From Eledone cirrhosa (lineage: Eukaryota), in the NCBI GenBank assembly GCA_964016885.1, contig OZ024741.1:171368001-171432000 (forward strand): DNA of 64,000 bases, in the 5' to 3' direction. Below, in pieces: positions 43,887 through 59,458 of this stretch. The position numbers and the translations under genes are program-made. Every line of letters begins with the position of its first letter. The first letter of the stretch is position 1. The notes under the pieces are model-generated. The model saw only the letters and a program-made list of their open reading frames with translations, was not told the origin of the DNA and ran no database searches.

Positions 43887-44068
43887 GTATGTATATGTGT
43901 ATATATATACATATATTTGTGTGTATGTGTATATATTTATATATGTATGAATATATGTATATATATATATATATGTGTACATGTGTATATATATATGTGT
44001 GTATGTATATATATATATTTATATATATTTGTGTATGTGTATTTATGTATTTTGTGTATGTGTATATA

Positions 44069-44131
<63 letters not shown>

Positions 44132-44137
<6 letters not shown>

Positions 44138-44374
44138 ATGCTTTGGGAGGGTCATGTTGCCAATCAGAAACACACACACCAGGCTTTCACTCCAATTTAA
44201 TATAAATTAAATCTATAAATTTAAGAATTTATGAATTTCCAGTTGGTTGGTTGATTCCACAACCGGACGGTTGTTCATATATTGTCAAAGTTCTTTCGTC
44301 TTTCTATTTAATTTTGTATATGTGTATATATGTGTATTTCTGTAGATGTGTTTGTATATGTTTGTATATGTATA

Positions 44375-44450
<76 letters not shown>

Positions 44451-44638
44451 TATTTGGGGAGGGTCATATTTGCGTAATATTGCCAGAATTAATAACAGAA
44501 CACACTCACTGTTTGGTTGGTTTTCGCTTCTCGCTGTCTTTTATATATATATATCTGCGATCTAACTTACTCGGTCCTCAATGTTGCCATTGACTGACCG
44601 GCGGTCAAAAATAATACAGATACAATATAGACAAACAC

Positions 44639-44683
<45 letters not shown>

Positions 44684-45168
44684 AATTAAATAGAAAACAT
44701 GAATGGAATAGCAACATCACAACTTACAATTAAGGACAAAATGAAAACACACACGCACACATAGAACAAACAAACAACCAGTAACATGTAAATAAACAAA
44801 TAAATAAACAAATATAAACACACACAGACACCCGGATGTAACACATGCGCAAACTAAGCACACAACACACACAACAACAAGATGGCGTAGGACTGAACAA
44901 AGGAGAGGCACAAAAACAAAGAAAATAATCCCCAGTCACTGAAGAGGTCTCAGAATGTGTGACGAAAGAAGTTTGACAATATATGAACAACCGTCCTGTT
45001 GTGGAACCAACCAACCAACCGGAAATTTATAAATTCTTAAATTTATAATAAATTGGAACGCAACTGGTGCGTGTGTTTGTTATTGGCAACATGACCCTCC
45101 CAAAGCATAACAATATCGGTTTCAACACACGTTTTCAGATAAAAAATCTTGCTAAACAAATTCAGAAA
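44132..45168. mobile_element. Family X reverse piece (44132-44314), family Y reverse piece (44447-44640) and full family X unit (44683-45168)
   Basis: Direct similarity to 1930-2554 and 42560-42750. Confidence 0.8.
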
Positions 45169-45185
45169 TTATATATGTATATATG

Positions 45186-45276
<91 letters not shown>

Positions 45277-45577
45277 GTATATGTATATATATATGTATAT
45301 ATACATGTATGTTTGTGTGTCTGTGTGTATGTGAATGTGTCTATTGACACCTGGATTATAGCTTAAGAGAAACATGACAATAATGATATGATAGGCACCC
45401 AATATTTTGAACTGGTTTATAGAATTCCCTTGGCCTTTGTTACTCTAAGTAGAGCTTTAAAGAATGAGCTTTTAAAGAATTTCCCTTTTCTTTCAACCAA
45501 TGACCTCCACCCATCCCACTCCCCACCCTCTCCTACCACCTGAAAAGATATAAATACCACAACATTTATTTTGGAAA

Positions 45578-45723
45578 GCCAGATTCCTGATGATTTCTAA
45601 AGAATGAAACAGTTCTAGTCCTGTAGAATCTCATCCATCTCATCTACATTAAAACTTTTATACTCTGCTATGTATTGAGTACCTTACTTACTGTGGTTAC
45701 CTCCGATTCAACCCGGAATAACT

Positions 45724-45730
<7 letters not shown>
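45578..45730 (+). mobile_element. Family A copy with hammerhead and tail
   Basis: CTGATGATTTC..GAATGAAACAGTTCTAGTCCTGTA; tail to AACCCGGAAT. Confidence 0.75.
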
Positions 45731-45759
<29 letters not shown>

Positions 45760-45769
45760 ACACATACTG

Positions 45770-47200
45770 GGTTTGAGAGTATTGCGCAGATTCGTTTAGC
45801 TAAGTTAAGTGGAATATTGTTACGGGTCCATATTGGATGAGAATATGTAAAAAGGAGTTATTGTCGGGAGTCGGGAGTTTTGAAATATATGTTAGTCGCT
45901 AGCATTTTTGTTTTATTAGTATATCTAAGAAAGGAAGTTTTTTGTTGCTGAAATTCATAATAAAATTAGATGTTGGGATTTATATTAGCGATGAAGGTTT
46001 GACATTACTTTAGGTTAGTCAAGACTAGATTTACCCTCAACAGTCATCCGGGTATCGTTTCAAATTTTCTTTTATATAACAACTGAATTTGCTCCCATAA
46101 ATTTCTTATGTTTGTTTGGATATTTGTAATTCATGGTATCCCATGCCTAAGTTGGCGTGTCTTGGTACAATTTTTGTAGAATATGAACTAGATGTTTATT
46201 TAAATAATTGAAGATCGTCTATGATGAAATTTCTGTCAATATGGTTTGGTATCTCATAGGGTAATGACTCCAGCCAGTATTTGATAGCCTTGATTCCGTA
46301 GTCAAGTGGAATATTACTATATATGTTCAGAACATCCAATGTAACCATGTAAGTGTTTTGGTTTAATTCATTTGATAGATGGTTGAGTATATCAAAATCA
46401 TCTCGTCTGAGCTCTGGATATGTTAGAGGAGAGGTTTCAGTAAGATATCTCAGAAGTTACTTAGGCAATGTGTCTCACAAATCGGGTTTGCTATGATGTC
46501 TTAGTTTTAAGTCGGTTGGTGTGGGTATATTTACACAATTGGTTTTCGTCTTTTTGCATGTCTCATTAATCAGTTCATTTTTGTGTAATTTATATAATCC
46601 TTAGAGATTACTTGTTTAACATCAACTATTGGTGAGATAGTCTAGTTCCTTATCTGTTAGACAGTTTCAGAATAGGCGTAATACATCAGTGAATTGTTTC
46701 ATTACTTTACTAAATTTGATTTCTTTGGCTTCTTTATCGTATGTATATTCTGTGCAGCATATTCTGCACAGTGTTTGTAATAATAACAACAGTGTCCATA
46801 ATAACAACAGTGCCTCCTTCGTCGGCTTCTTTTATGACAATATATTTGTCCTTTTTTAGATCGTTTAGATGGTTCCAGTATTGCCTGGTGAAGTTGGTCT
46901 TTGTTTGTGGTATTTCCAGTTCGTCACCAAATTCGTCAATGCCTGAGTTTCTACTTTTAGGGGATTGATATTCGTCTTTGGTTTTAATTAGTGATTCATC
47001 GTTGTTTTCTTCTCCAAAGTATTTTTCCGCTAATCTGAGTCTTCTGCTGAAATCTGAAATATCGTCTTTAATTTCTGGTATGTTTGAATTTTGATGATTT
47101 TGTGTAAATTTTAGTCCTTTACTATTTGTATGGGTGTTAATGATGTTTTGTAAAAGATTGATTATTGTCGGTTTCTCGTGATTGTAGATCAAATAGCGTG
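45770..47200 (-). pseudogene. Heavily decayed Penelope-like RT (possibly Neptune-like)
   Basis: KGLKFT, FSRRLRL, IVIKEADEGGTVVIMD, LYKLHK..PTDLKLR, VTLDVLNIYSNIP..IKYWL across frameshifts; may extend to ~48200. Confidence 0.8.
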
Positions 47201-48969
47201 AGCTATTTCCCTTCGGTGATCTCTTTATGTGTTTGAATGATGGTGGTTGATTAAAAATTTCTCTGATTCGCCTTTTGTCAAACTTTCTGTCTGCGTTTTG
47301 TCTATATTAGTATTTTCTTTGATATGGTGAATGCTGGTGTTGTTTTGTGTGAGAGGTATCAGCACAGATTTTCGTGGTGTTTGTTTTTGTTTTTTCAAAA
47401 ATGGGTTTTTGAGCAGTATTCTATTTCAAATTGTTCTCCGGGGTATGAGAGCCAATTTTCGTTTATTCCTATCTTCGTAATGAGATTCGTTCTTCGTTCT
47501 CACATTATTGTTTCTATATTTTATGAATATAATCTAGTAGTTCTCCGTTGTATGGTTTGGAGATTTCGATTCCCATTTGTTTATCAATGTCCTTCTATTT
47601 TTGTTCATTTGTGCTTCCTCTTAATTCCATTAGTTCGATTTCGTTTCGTATTTTTTCGAGATTGTTTTGTCGTAGTAGTGTTTGGAATTCTTGTTCCTTA
47701 TTGTACTTTCCTCGATAATATGAGTGGGTTTGAATTTATGCAACGTTCGTAAATCTCAGCCTTGTCGTTATATTCTTTAGCATGTTACAGAATGTGTATT
47801 TTCTGAAGTTGAGGTTTTTATTCCATATTCGGGTTTTTTATAAAGGAAATAACTTTGAGAGTATTTTCAGATGGTTTTTGAAGTGATGCGTTATGCTACA
47901 TTTTCTTTTTAAACGACCATTTCTATGCTTTTACAATTTTTCTGTTATTGTTGATTTTTCTGTCTTATTTTTTCGTTGGGTGTTTTTCTGTGAGTTCATG
48001 GAATCTGACCATTTTTTTTTTCTGATAGAGTGGATAGTGGTGTGTTGATTTCTTTTAGCTGTTTCAGAATTTTTTTCATTTATGTTGTTGTCCCATTTTT
48101 TGGGAGTTAATATTGTACTGATTACTTTTAGTTGTTCGGGATATCGTCATTTATGTTTTTGTCCAATTTTTTAGTTTAGGGATTTCTATAGTATTTGATA
48201 AATAAAAAAATAAAAATGCTGACAGATTAAGGATTTCTATACAAGTCATGTTATAAAGTATATATAATAATAAAGATTTGCAAAAAAAGCACCTAATGTG
48301 TTTTTATTTATTACATAAACTTGTTACGTGTACATAACGACAAAAAAATGTTCTCACGTCAAAGGGTTTGTATTTGACCGCTTTCGCTTAAACAGCTTTT
48401 CAAAAGTATTTTCATGTTTCATTTACTGTCTCCATTTGTAATGCTTTTGTCACTTATGTTTTTGCATATAAATACCGAAACCACCAAAATTTCCAATGGT
48501 CGACTAATGAGAAGGGACTGTATTGTGTTTCGGTCGATTTTCTGTTGTCTACACACACAAATGTATATATATATATATATATATCGCTGAAACGTCAATA
48601 ATTCTGCAATAACTGCCACTAGATATTTCAATTGCTAAATTGCTGTAATATATTCTTCCATCTTGAAGAATCCTTAGAGTTTATCCAAGCCTTTTAATGT
48701 TATTATTTTCCCATGACAGCATGATAGCAGTTGAAGTGTTAATGATTATCAACAACGGTAGTTATAAAGTTAAATCAGTTTACAATGAGCAATAACCTCA
48801 TGATTCCAATTAGTTACCTGCCAAGATTACAAATCTGAAAGGATAATAGACATTTAGACATTATAAGCAGAAGTTTTGAAACATGGAAAGATCAACAAAT
48901 TCTACAACCTATCTCAACAGCATATCTATTGCAGCTTGCCTGGTCACCGATATTATATATTCCATTATA

Positions 48970-49320
48970 TAATTGTTTCTACATTTGGCACAAGGCCAGT
49001 CATTTGAAGGGAAGGGAAACGTTGATTAAATCGCCCCAGTACGTAACTGGTGCTTTATTTTATCGACCCCGTAAAGATGAAGACAAAGCTAACCTCAGCG
49101 GGAGTTGAACTCAGAACCTAAAGGGTGGTAACTCTGTGTCATAAAGCATGTTGCCTGACGCTCTACTTTTACTGCCATATTCCATTATGGCCCTTTACGT
49201 TCTGAGTTCAAATCCCGCTGAGGTTAGTTTTGCCTTTCATCCTTACGGGGTCGATAAAATAAAGTACCAGTAATACACTGGGGTAATTGCTGGCCTTGTT
49301 CCAAAAGTAGAAACAATTAT
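48970..49320. mobile_element. Head-to-head SINE family 2 pair
   Basis: Minus copy 48970-49176 flanked by ATATTCCATTAT; plus truncated copy 49189-49320. Confidence 0.85.
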
Positions 49321-49675
49321 ATAATATCTGATATTCTCCTTCTGTTTCTCTCTCTCTCTCCCACTCTTTCTCTCACAAAGTAGTAGTGGAGATGAGGAGA
49401 TGTGTATTCAACATGAGATGAGGGCATTCTCTGGTGAATTGGCACAGTATAGGACTGCCGTGCAGTACTTGTTTCAGCCCTCTGCAGCTTTCTGCATTCA
49501 AATCTTATTGAGGCCAGCTATGTTTTTCATTCTTTCAGGATCAATAAAATCAAGTGCCCCTTTATGGTGGTGGATGGTTGTAATTGTTAGAGCATGGGAT
49601 AAAATACCTTGTTCACGCTCTCTATGATCTGAGTTCTAAGATAACCTCAGCAGCCAAGTGTGTCTTTCATTTTTC

Positions 49676-50440
49676 TGTGGATTGGCAGTATCGGTAGAGG
49701 GTTGGACGCCATGCTTTGACGCATTGAGTTACGGCCCTTGCTATTCTGAGTTCAAATCCTGCCGAGGTTAACTTTGCCTTTCATCCTTACGGGGTCGATA
49801 AAATAAAGTACCAATAATACACTGATATAATTGCTGGCCTTGTGCCTAAAGTAGAAACAATTATTCTGTGGATTGTCAGTATCGGTAAAGGGTCGGATAC
49901 CATGCTTTGACGCATAGAGTTACGGCCCTTGCCATTATGAGTTCAAATCCCGCCAAGGTTAACTTTGCCTTTCATCCTTACAGGTTCGATAAAATAAAGT
50001 ACCAGTAATACATTGGAATAATTGCTGGCCTTGTGCCAAAAGTAGAAACAATTATTCTAGGGCTTGGATTTGTAGCGTCAAACACGATTTGCACAAGAGA
50101 GTTATGGCTCTTTACGTTCTGAATTCAAATCTCGCTGAGATTAACTTTGCCTTTCATCGATAAAATAAAGTGCCAGTAATGCATTAGGGTAGTTTCTGGC
50201 CTTGTGTCAAAAGTAAAAACAATTACTCTAGGGCTGCGGATTGGTAGTATTGGTAGAGCATCAGACAACATGTTTTGTAGCATTGAGTTATGACCCTTTA
50301 CATTCTGAGTTCAAATGCTACAGTGGTTAGCTTTGCTTTTCATCCTAATGGTGTTGATAAAATAAAGTTCAAGAAGCATAAGTTGACTTTCCCCTCCCCC
50401 AAAATTGTTGGCCTTCTGCCTAAACCAAAAACCATTGTTT
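49676..50440 (+). mobile_element. Four head-to-tail SINE family 2 copies
   Basis: Units start near 49678, 49868, 50065 and 50237. Confidence 0.9.
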
Positions 50441-50639
50441 CATGGCTCATAAAATAAATTACTCGTTTAGGACAGTAGTTTAGAGAAATTGTAAGAGTGT
50501 GGCATGAGATACATTCTGATATATGCTTTGACAGTATGTGTTCTGTGTTCAAACCCAACCATGGACTACTTGGCGGTACAGTTCATCAGTCATCCAGTTT
50601 AACACAATCACCTAGCGTCTTATGCCTTTAGTACAGGTT

Positions 50640-50834
50640 ACACAAGGGAAAAGCAAAGGCCAATACAGCTTGGCGCCAGTGATGTTGCAACTCATTTCTA
50701 CAGTTGAGTGAACTGGAGCAACATGAAATGAAGAATCTTGCTCAAGAACACAATGCAAAGCCTGTCCCAAGAATCAAACTCACAACCTCGCTATTGTAAG
50801 CCTGATGCTCTAATCACTAAGCCATGAACCTTCA
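50640..50834 (-). mobile_element. SINE family 1
   Basis: Matches 155-349. Confidence 0.85.
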
Positions 50835-51327
50835 CTAGTAATGTAACTAATTCTCTTATTATTAAATTGGTGTTCAGAATATAATTTAACAAATATACTT
50901 ACATAAAATCATGATGGAATGTTTTTAGATAAACACAGAAAATTTTTTTTAAATAATGACTTTCCTATCAATGGACCATGGGTGGTCTCTGGCAGATTAC
51001 TGTCAAAAGGGTTATGGCCCTCTTTGAAATTGTTGTTTACACTTGGATATGAGTAATGTGATATTTAGAAATTCAGGAAGATGAAGGATTGAATAGCACC
51101 TGATAAATAGTCAGGGTATTGAAAAGGAATCAAGACTGTGATGAGAGAGAAGGAGAGGTAGAGAAAGTGCGTGTGAAAGCAAAAGTGAGAAAAACAAACA
51201 GACATACAAAAGAAGATTAGTGATATTTAAAGTAGTTTTCCCGCCAAACAGTGCAAACCCAGAAATTATTTCGGTCAAATGAGCCACACCCAACTGATGA
51301 TTTCATGATGTAGTGTATGTGTGGGTG

Positions 51328-51362
<35 letters not shown>

Positions 51363-51436
51363 TTGAGTATATGTGTGCATACATATCTATGTATGTATAT
51401 ATAAAATAATATGTATGTATATGTATACACACACAC

Positions 51437-51482
<46 letters not shown>

Positions 51483-51807
51483 GTGTGTGTGTGTGTATGT
51501 GTATGGGAATAAGTCAATTCTGAAGTTAGTTAAACAAGTCTCAATTATTTAGTGCTTCTACTGGTTATGACAAAGAATCACACCCACCACATGGTTCTTA
51601 TTTACTTGTTTCAGCAGTATTGCGCCATTGATGATATATGTACTGTGATCCGTTAGACTGGGTGGTAGTAAGTCTATCATCTACATTATATCCTTACTGA
51701 CTCATCCAACTGTTGATTTCTATCCCTTGTCTCAGTAATACATTAACTTAATTCCAACTAGTAAATCCCATTGTACCAATCTTAAACATATATATATATA
51801 TATACGC

Positions 51808-51853
<46 letters not shown>

Positions 51854-51856
<3 letters not shown>

Positions 51857-52021
51857 AACGAGCTAATTCTGGATTAAAATTTTAGTCCAGAATTAGCCGT
51901 CGAAACGGCTTGAGCTCAGCCGTCGGGGTCCTATTCGTTCCTATTACCCACTCTACTACCCTAAGTATTGAGTACTTTGGAGCGTTATGGTCCACTTGGT
52001 TCCTTACCACATTTCCTTCGT

Positions 52022-52022
<1 letters not shown>
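51854..52022. mobile_element. Family C element with 3' half of a hammerhead
   Basis: GCTAATTCTGGA..TCCAGAATTAGC stem, GAAACGGC-TTGAGCTCA-GCCGTC, tail. Confidence 0.75.
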
Positions 52023-52069
<47 letters not shown>

Positions 52070-52217
52070 CATCTCTGTCTGATGAACGACCCAGACGTAT
52101 ATTAATATTGTCTAGGAGTAGATATATATTGTGTTGTTGACTTTCTAATTAAATAGCTCTGTTCTATACATAGAGCACTCTTTTTTTCTTTTGCTTTTTC
52201 TTTGGAATTACCTAACA

Positions 52218-52301
<84 letters not shown>

Positions 52302-52485
52302 CATCATTTAATGGCCACTTTTCCAAGGTGCCGTGGACTGGACAAGATGATTTGAGACAATGTTTTACAGCCAGAAGCCCTTCCTGATACGAACCCTTTT
52401 AGTTGCCACTAATGACATTGATACGGTGTACCTATTCAAAAAACTAGGATATACACAAGTGTATATATATATATATATATATATA

Positions 52486-53183
52486 ACGGAGATGAATTAG
52501 TTTTGCGATGTTTTTTATATGAAATCGTGTGTCGAAACAAATATTGTTATACTTGGGGAGGGTCATATTTGTGTAATATTGCCAGAATTAATAACAGAAC
52601 ACACTCACTGTTTGGTTGGTTTTCGCTTTTCGCTTCTGTGTCTTTTATATCGGTTAATTTAATTTGTTCGGTCCTCAATGTTGCCATTGAATGACCAACG
52701 GTCAAAAATACAGATACAATATAAACACATACACATATATATAATCTATCAAAGTTATTTCGTTGCACATCTGCAACATCGTCAGTGGTGCTATTGTTTC
52801 ATCCCGTTGCTTTGTATTTTCTACGCCATCTTTATTTAGTCTGTTTATATATTTATTTATTTATTTATAAATAAATATATAAACAGACTAAATAAAGATG
52901 GCGTAGAAAATACAATGCAACGGGAGGAAACAATAGCACCACTGACGATGTTGCAGATGTACAAGGAAAGAACTTTGATAGACTATATATATGAGTTTGT
53001 GTCTATATTGTATCTGTATTTTTGACCGTTGGTCAGTCAATGGCAACATTGAGGACCGAATAAATAAAATTAACCGATATAAAAGACACAGAAGCGAAAA
53101 GCGAAAACCAACCAAACAGTGAGTGTGTTCTGTTATTAATTCTGGCAATATTACACAAATATGACCCTCCCCAAGTATAACAA
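52486..53183. mobile_element. Family Y ~700-bp fold-back
   Basis: Arms 52544-52864 and 52869-53183; 58-bp tail on the left only; (TA)n flanks. Confidence 0.85.
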
Positions 53184-53718
53184 TATATATATATATATAT
53201 AATATATAATATATATAATAGTAATGAGTATAATCGAAAGTGCAGCTGCAAGTAGCATATTAACACCCGATCTTCGAAGACTGCCACTAACGACAATTTC
53301 CTCAGAGTGAACACGAGAAGTTAGGTAATAGTAACATTGTGAATAATGTGACCAGAAGCATGTTGTCACATTAATACTATGACAGCAAATAATATTGACA
53401 GGTTAAAGAGCTGATTGACAGAAATTAATTGATAAATATCTTCGATAGGTTTCCTGGGAAATCTGGATTTACACTTCAAGTTGCGTAATGTATATGCAAG
53501 TTAGTAATGTATCCCAAGATGGAATGGAGATTTCCTTTCATCAACAGGTGTTTCTTTCCAAGTATCCACTTTCATTAGGTTCTGTGACACTGCCATTTGA
53601 TTGTAGCAGTAAAATTTGGCAGTGAGGTCACGTGTCATTTCTCAAAAAGAGGAACGTCAGTTTCTCGAGTTTTGGCAGGTACATTCAAATGTGTGAACAA
53701 AGGGTTTATTCACAGTCT

Positions 53719-53764
<46 letters not shown>

Positions 53765-53771
53765 TAAACAG

Positions 53772-53823
53772 GGCTTTCCTGATGATTTCTCCTGAATGAA
53801 ACAGTTCTAGTCTTGTAAAAGCC
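53772..53823 (+). ncRNA. Type I hammerhead motif (family A; element extends to ~53900)
   Basis: GGCTTTC-CTGATGA-TTTC(tcct)GAAT-GAAACAG..TTGTA-AAAGCC. Confidence 0.7.
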
Positions 53824-54099
53824 ATTTCTTTATAAAATATTTATAGTCTACCATGTATTGAATACCTTACTATGGTTACACCCAATTGAACCCGGTGTAA
53901 ACACATATATATATATATATATATAGTTGATCACAAGGAATAATAGTTGAAATTATCAGTTAAAATACCCTTAGAGACAGAAAAATGTAGACAGAAGTGC
54001 CTACAAGTAAACAAACCCCGTATCTTTCAAATACTATGTGCAGGCATTTCTGTCCACAGTGAACAACTGTGATTACAATCATTTTTGACATTTGGGATG

Positions 54100-54194
<95 letters not shown>

Positions 54195-54662
54195 ATATAT
54201 ATATATTTATTGTGGGAAGAAGGAAGGAAGAGAAATTAGCCCTAAACTGGAGGTCTTGTGAGAAGACTTACAACAGTCTAGAATCTATTATATGCACACA
54301 AGAACTGTTGATGTTAAATCAGGCAACTGATTTCATCTACTGCCCATATGATATATCTTACAATGTAATTTCTACTCCTTGTCACAATAATTCATTAGCT
54401 ATTGATAATGGGTGCAAATATATATATATATATGTGAGGCTAAGAATTTTTTTCTTTTAGTCATGAGGTCCCAGTGTTAATTTCCTTTTGTAGAATCTTG
54501 GTCAAGCATTTTTGTCATATCCTCAGATGATTGAAATGAAGTAGATACTACCATGCAATACTATACTTCCTACACAAGCATCTTACAATCTACTCTTTTC
54601 TAAAAGAGAGAATCTCGTTGATGCAAGCAGAGATAATTGCTCTCTGAACTTATTGCACTCTA

Positions 54663-54846
54663 TTTGGCAGTATCGGTAGAGGGTCGGGCACTATGTTTTG
54701 ACGCATAGAGTTACGGCCCTTGCCATTCTGAGATCAAATCCCGCCGAGGTTAACATTGCCTTTCATCCTTACGGGGTCGATAAAATAAAGTACCAGTAAC
54801 GCACTGGGATAATTGCTGGCCTTGTGCCAAATGTAGAAACAATTAT
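54663..54846 (+). mobile_element. SINE family 2
   Basis: Head and body as in other copies. Confidence 0.9.
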
Positions 54847-55064
54847 TATTGTGGATAATAGATTTTCAGAAGCTCCTTATTCACTGCAAATTAGGGATTA
54901 TAGAAGCTATCACTTATTTCTATGGAGTCTCTCTTAGATTGGAATGAACAAATTTCACTATTTCTTTGATTAGTAACTACTTCTGAGTGTCTGCAATAAT
55001 CAAAATATACATTTTCTGTGATTTTACTACACATTTCATATACGTATAGTTTATAGAGAATAGA

Positions 55065-55107
<43 letters not shown>

Positions 55108-55129
55108 TATATCTATATATATCTATATA

Positions 55130-55447
55130 TATCATCATCATCATTTTACGTCCGCTTTTCCCTGCTTGCAAGGTTAAGACGGAACTGATTCTGGGTTGAT
55201 TTCTACAGCTGTATGCCTTTCCTGGGTGCTGGGTGCTTTTTTCCGTGGCGCCTTCACGTCCACTTTGCAGTGGAATGATAGGGACCCCAGTCCCTATCAT
55301 CTCATTTCTACAGCTGAGTAAACTGGAGCAATGTGAAATAAAGTGTCTTGCTCAAGGAAACAACACATCACCCGGTCTAAGAATTGAACTCATAACCTTT
55401 TGATTGTAAGCTCTAACCACGAAGCCATGTGTCTCCATATATGTATG

Positions 55448-55505
<58 letters not shown>

Positions 55506-55529
55506 CATATATATATATATATATATACT

Positions 55530-55563
<34 letters not shown>

Positions 55564-55587
55564 CATACATATATATATATATATATA

Positions 55588-55649
<62 letters not shown>

Positions 55650-55672
55650 CAAACATACATATATATACATAC

Positions 55673-55752
<80 letters not shown>

Positions 55753-55975
55753 TTTACTCAGCTGTAGAAATGAGATGATAGGGACTGGAGTCCCTATCAT
55801 TCCACTGCAAAGTGCTCATGGAGGTGCTACGGCAAAAAAGCACCCAACACTCACTGTAAATGAGGTTGGTGTTAGGAAGGGCATCCTGCTGTAGAAATCA
55901 AGCCAGAATCAGTTCCCGTCCCACCCTTGCAAACAGGGAAAAGCGGACGTAAAATGATGATGATGATGATGATGA

Positions 55976-55978
<3 letters not shown>
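55130..55978. mobile_element. SINE family 1 with RTE-like tail: minus copy 55130-55436, headless plus copy 55751-55978
   Basis: Ends AAAGCGGACGTAAAA(TGA)n; third copy at 57654-57994 (minus). Confidence 0.8.
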
Positions 55979-56046
<68 letters not shown>

Positions 56047-56063
56047 TATACTTATATATATAT

Positions 56064-56116
<53 letters not shown>

Positions 56117-56638
56117 TAAATATATATATATATATATATATAAACTATAATAAAGGAAGGTCTGCGGGATTGCGTACGGTTTATTTATTTTTATGCCGTT
56201 TGTGTAAAATAAGTGGGATTACTTTGAATAAATAATGAATGAATATTACATAATTTACGTACTAAATTTCGTGGCTGTTCATTAAATATATTTTATTATT
56301 TATTTAAATAATTCACTTCTTTAAAATGATCAAATGTCAACAGTTCCGGTGGCGATTGCTTAAATAAACATTAATTTTCTGTCACTAATTTTCTCCTGAT
56401 GCAGTTTATATATAATATTGTCTTTTTTTAATGTATCATGGATTATGTTACTGATTACATAAGACAGTGGAACACAGTCTTCGTTTAATTTCTGTGTATA
56501 TTGTCAATTACGATTTTATTTCACGTATCATATCTACATGTATATATACTTGCATATAATATCAATATACACGCTACATATGCTAGCAGAAAACCACCCT
56601 AAAACCACATATATATATATATGTATGTGCGTGTGTGA

Positions 56639-56678
<40 letters not shown>

Positions 56679-56680
<2 letters not shown>

Positions 56681-57285
56681 TGGCTGCCAACTCGTTTTCG
56701 AGTACGGCCACTACTTTATATCCATGTAGGAGAACTCCTACCGATGAGCTAAACGAGTGTGACTTTTTAGTCCAGCCAGCGATTTGAAAACTCTGGTACG
56801 AACACTAAACCTGTGACAATTATTGACACATAGTGCTAGGCCCATGGTACCATGTGACGACAAGTGCAGAGAGATCTCCAGATATAAAGTAATGCCAGTG
56901 CCGTGAAGCTTTTATAGTGAGCAAAGGCACTGCACAAAGCCAGTCCTACTCTCTTAACCAAGATGATATTTACCAAAAAGAAGAACAAGTCAACATCATT
57001 GGATACCATCAGGGTTGCAGGTGTTATATCAGAGTTTTCATTCTCCTAGAATTCTGCCTTGACAAAGGCTAAGGGGTCATCTCCCTCGGTGATTTTGGAT
57101 GGCCATTGATTCTTAAGAGCTCTTTGCCCTTTGACAGGTTTTGTTTTTAGTCCTACAGGATGTCCAAAGTCACCCTCCTCACCAAGAAACCTTGGTGGGG
57201 TTGCCAGTTTAGTCGCCAACGACCCGACCATGGGACAGGTTGTACTGGGATACATGTTACCAGTAGCACCAACTGGTGACCTGAC
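56679..57285 (-). mobile_element. Longest family E element (~605 bp)
   Basis: Contains the 43340-43817 sequence plus ~130 bp more at the 5' end; (TA)n on both sides. Confidence 0.8.
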
Positions 57286-57407
57286 ATATATATGTGTATA
57301 TATATATATATATACACATATATATATATATCTGTATGTATATATATATACACACATATATATATATGTATGTATATATATACATATATAATATATAAAT
57401 AAATATA

Positions 57408-57467
<60 letters not shown>

Positions 57468-58011
57468 CGCATGTATATATTATATAAGATATTTGTTATT
57501 AATAGAGATGGTTCACTGCAATGTTTCTTTATAAATAACATTACAAATAATATATGATTCTATACACAGTAAATGAAACCTTCATTTTGTGCATTTTAGT
57601 GCGTTTATGCTAGAAACCCATTAAACAAGCATATATATATATATATATATATCATTTCATCATCATCATTTCATTTTACGTCCGCTTTTTCCCTGCAGGA
57701 ACTGATTCTGGCTTGATTTCTACAGATGGATGCCCTTCCTAACACCAACCTCTTTTACAGTGAGTGCTGGGTACTTTTTTGCCGTGGCGCCTACACGTCC
57801 ACTTTACAGTGTGGGCTGGGTGCTTTTTTGCCTCCACGACCACTATCATCTCATTTCTACAGCTGAGTAAAGTGGAGCAATGTGAATTAAAGTGTCTTGT
57901 TCAAGGACACAACACATCACTCGGTCTGAGAATTGAACTCACAACCTTTCCATTGTAAGGCCAATGCTCTAACCACTAAGCCACGTGCCTCCACATAAAT
58001 ATATATATATA

Positions 58012-58046
<35 letters not shown>

Positions 58047-58063
58047 GTATATATATATATATT

Positions 58064-59254
<1,191 letters not shown>

Positions 59255-59329
59255 TTGTATTCAGCCATGTAGAACAATACACTATATATACATACATATA
59301 TCTACATATATACACAAGCATATATATAC

Positions 59330-59432
<103 letters not shown>

Positions 59433-59458
59433 TAATATATATATATACATATATATAT

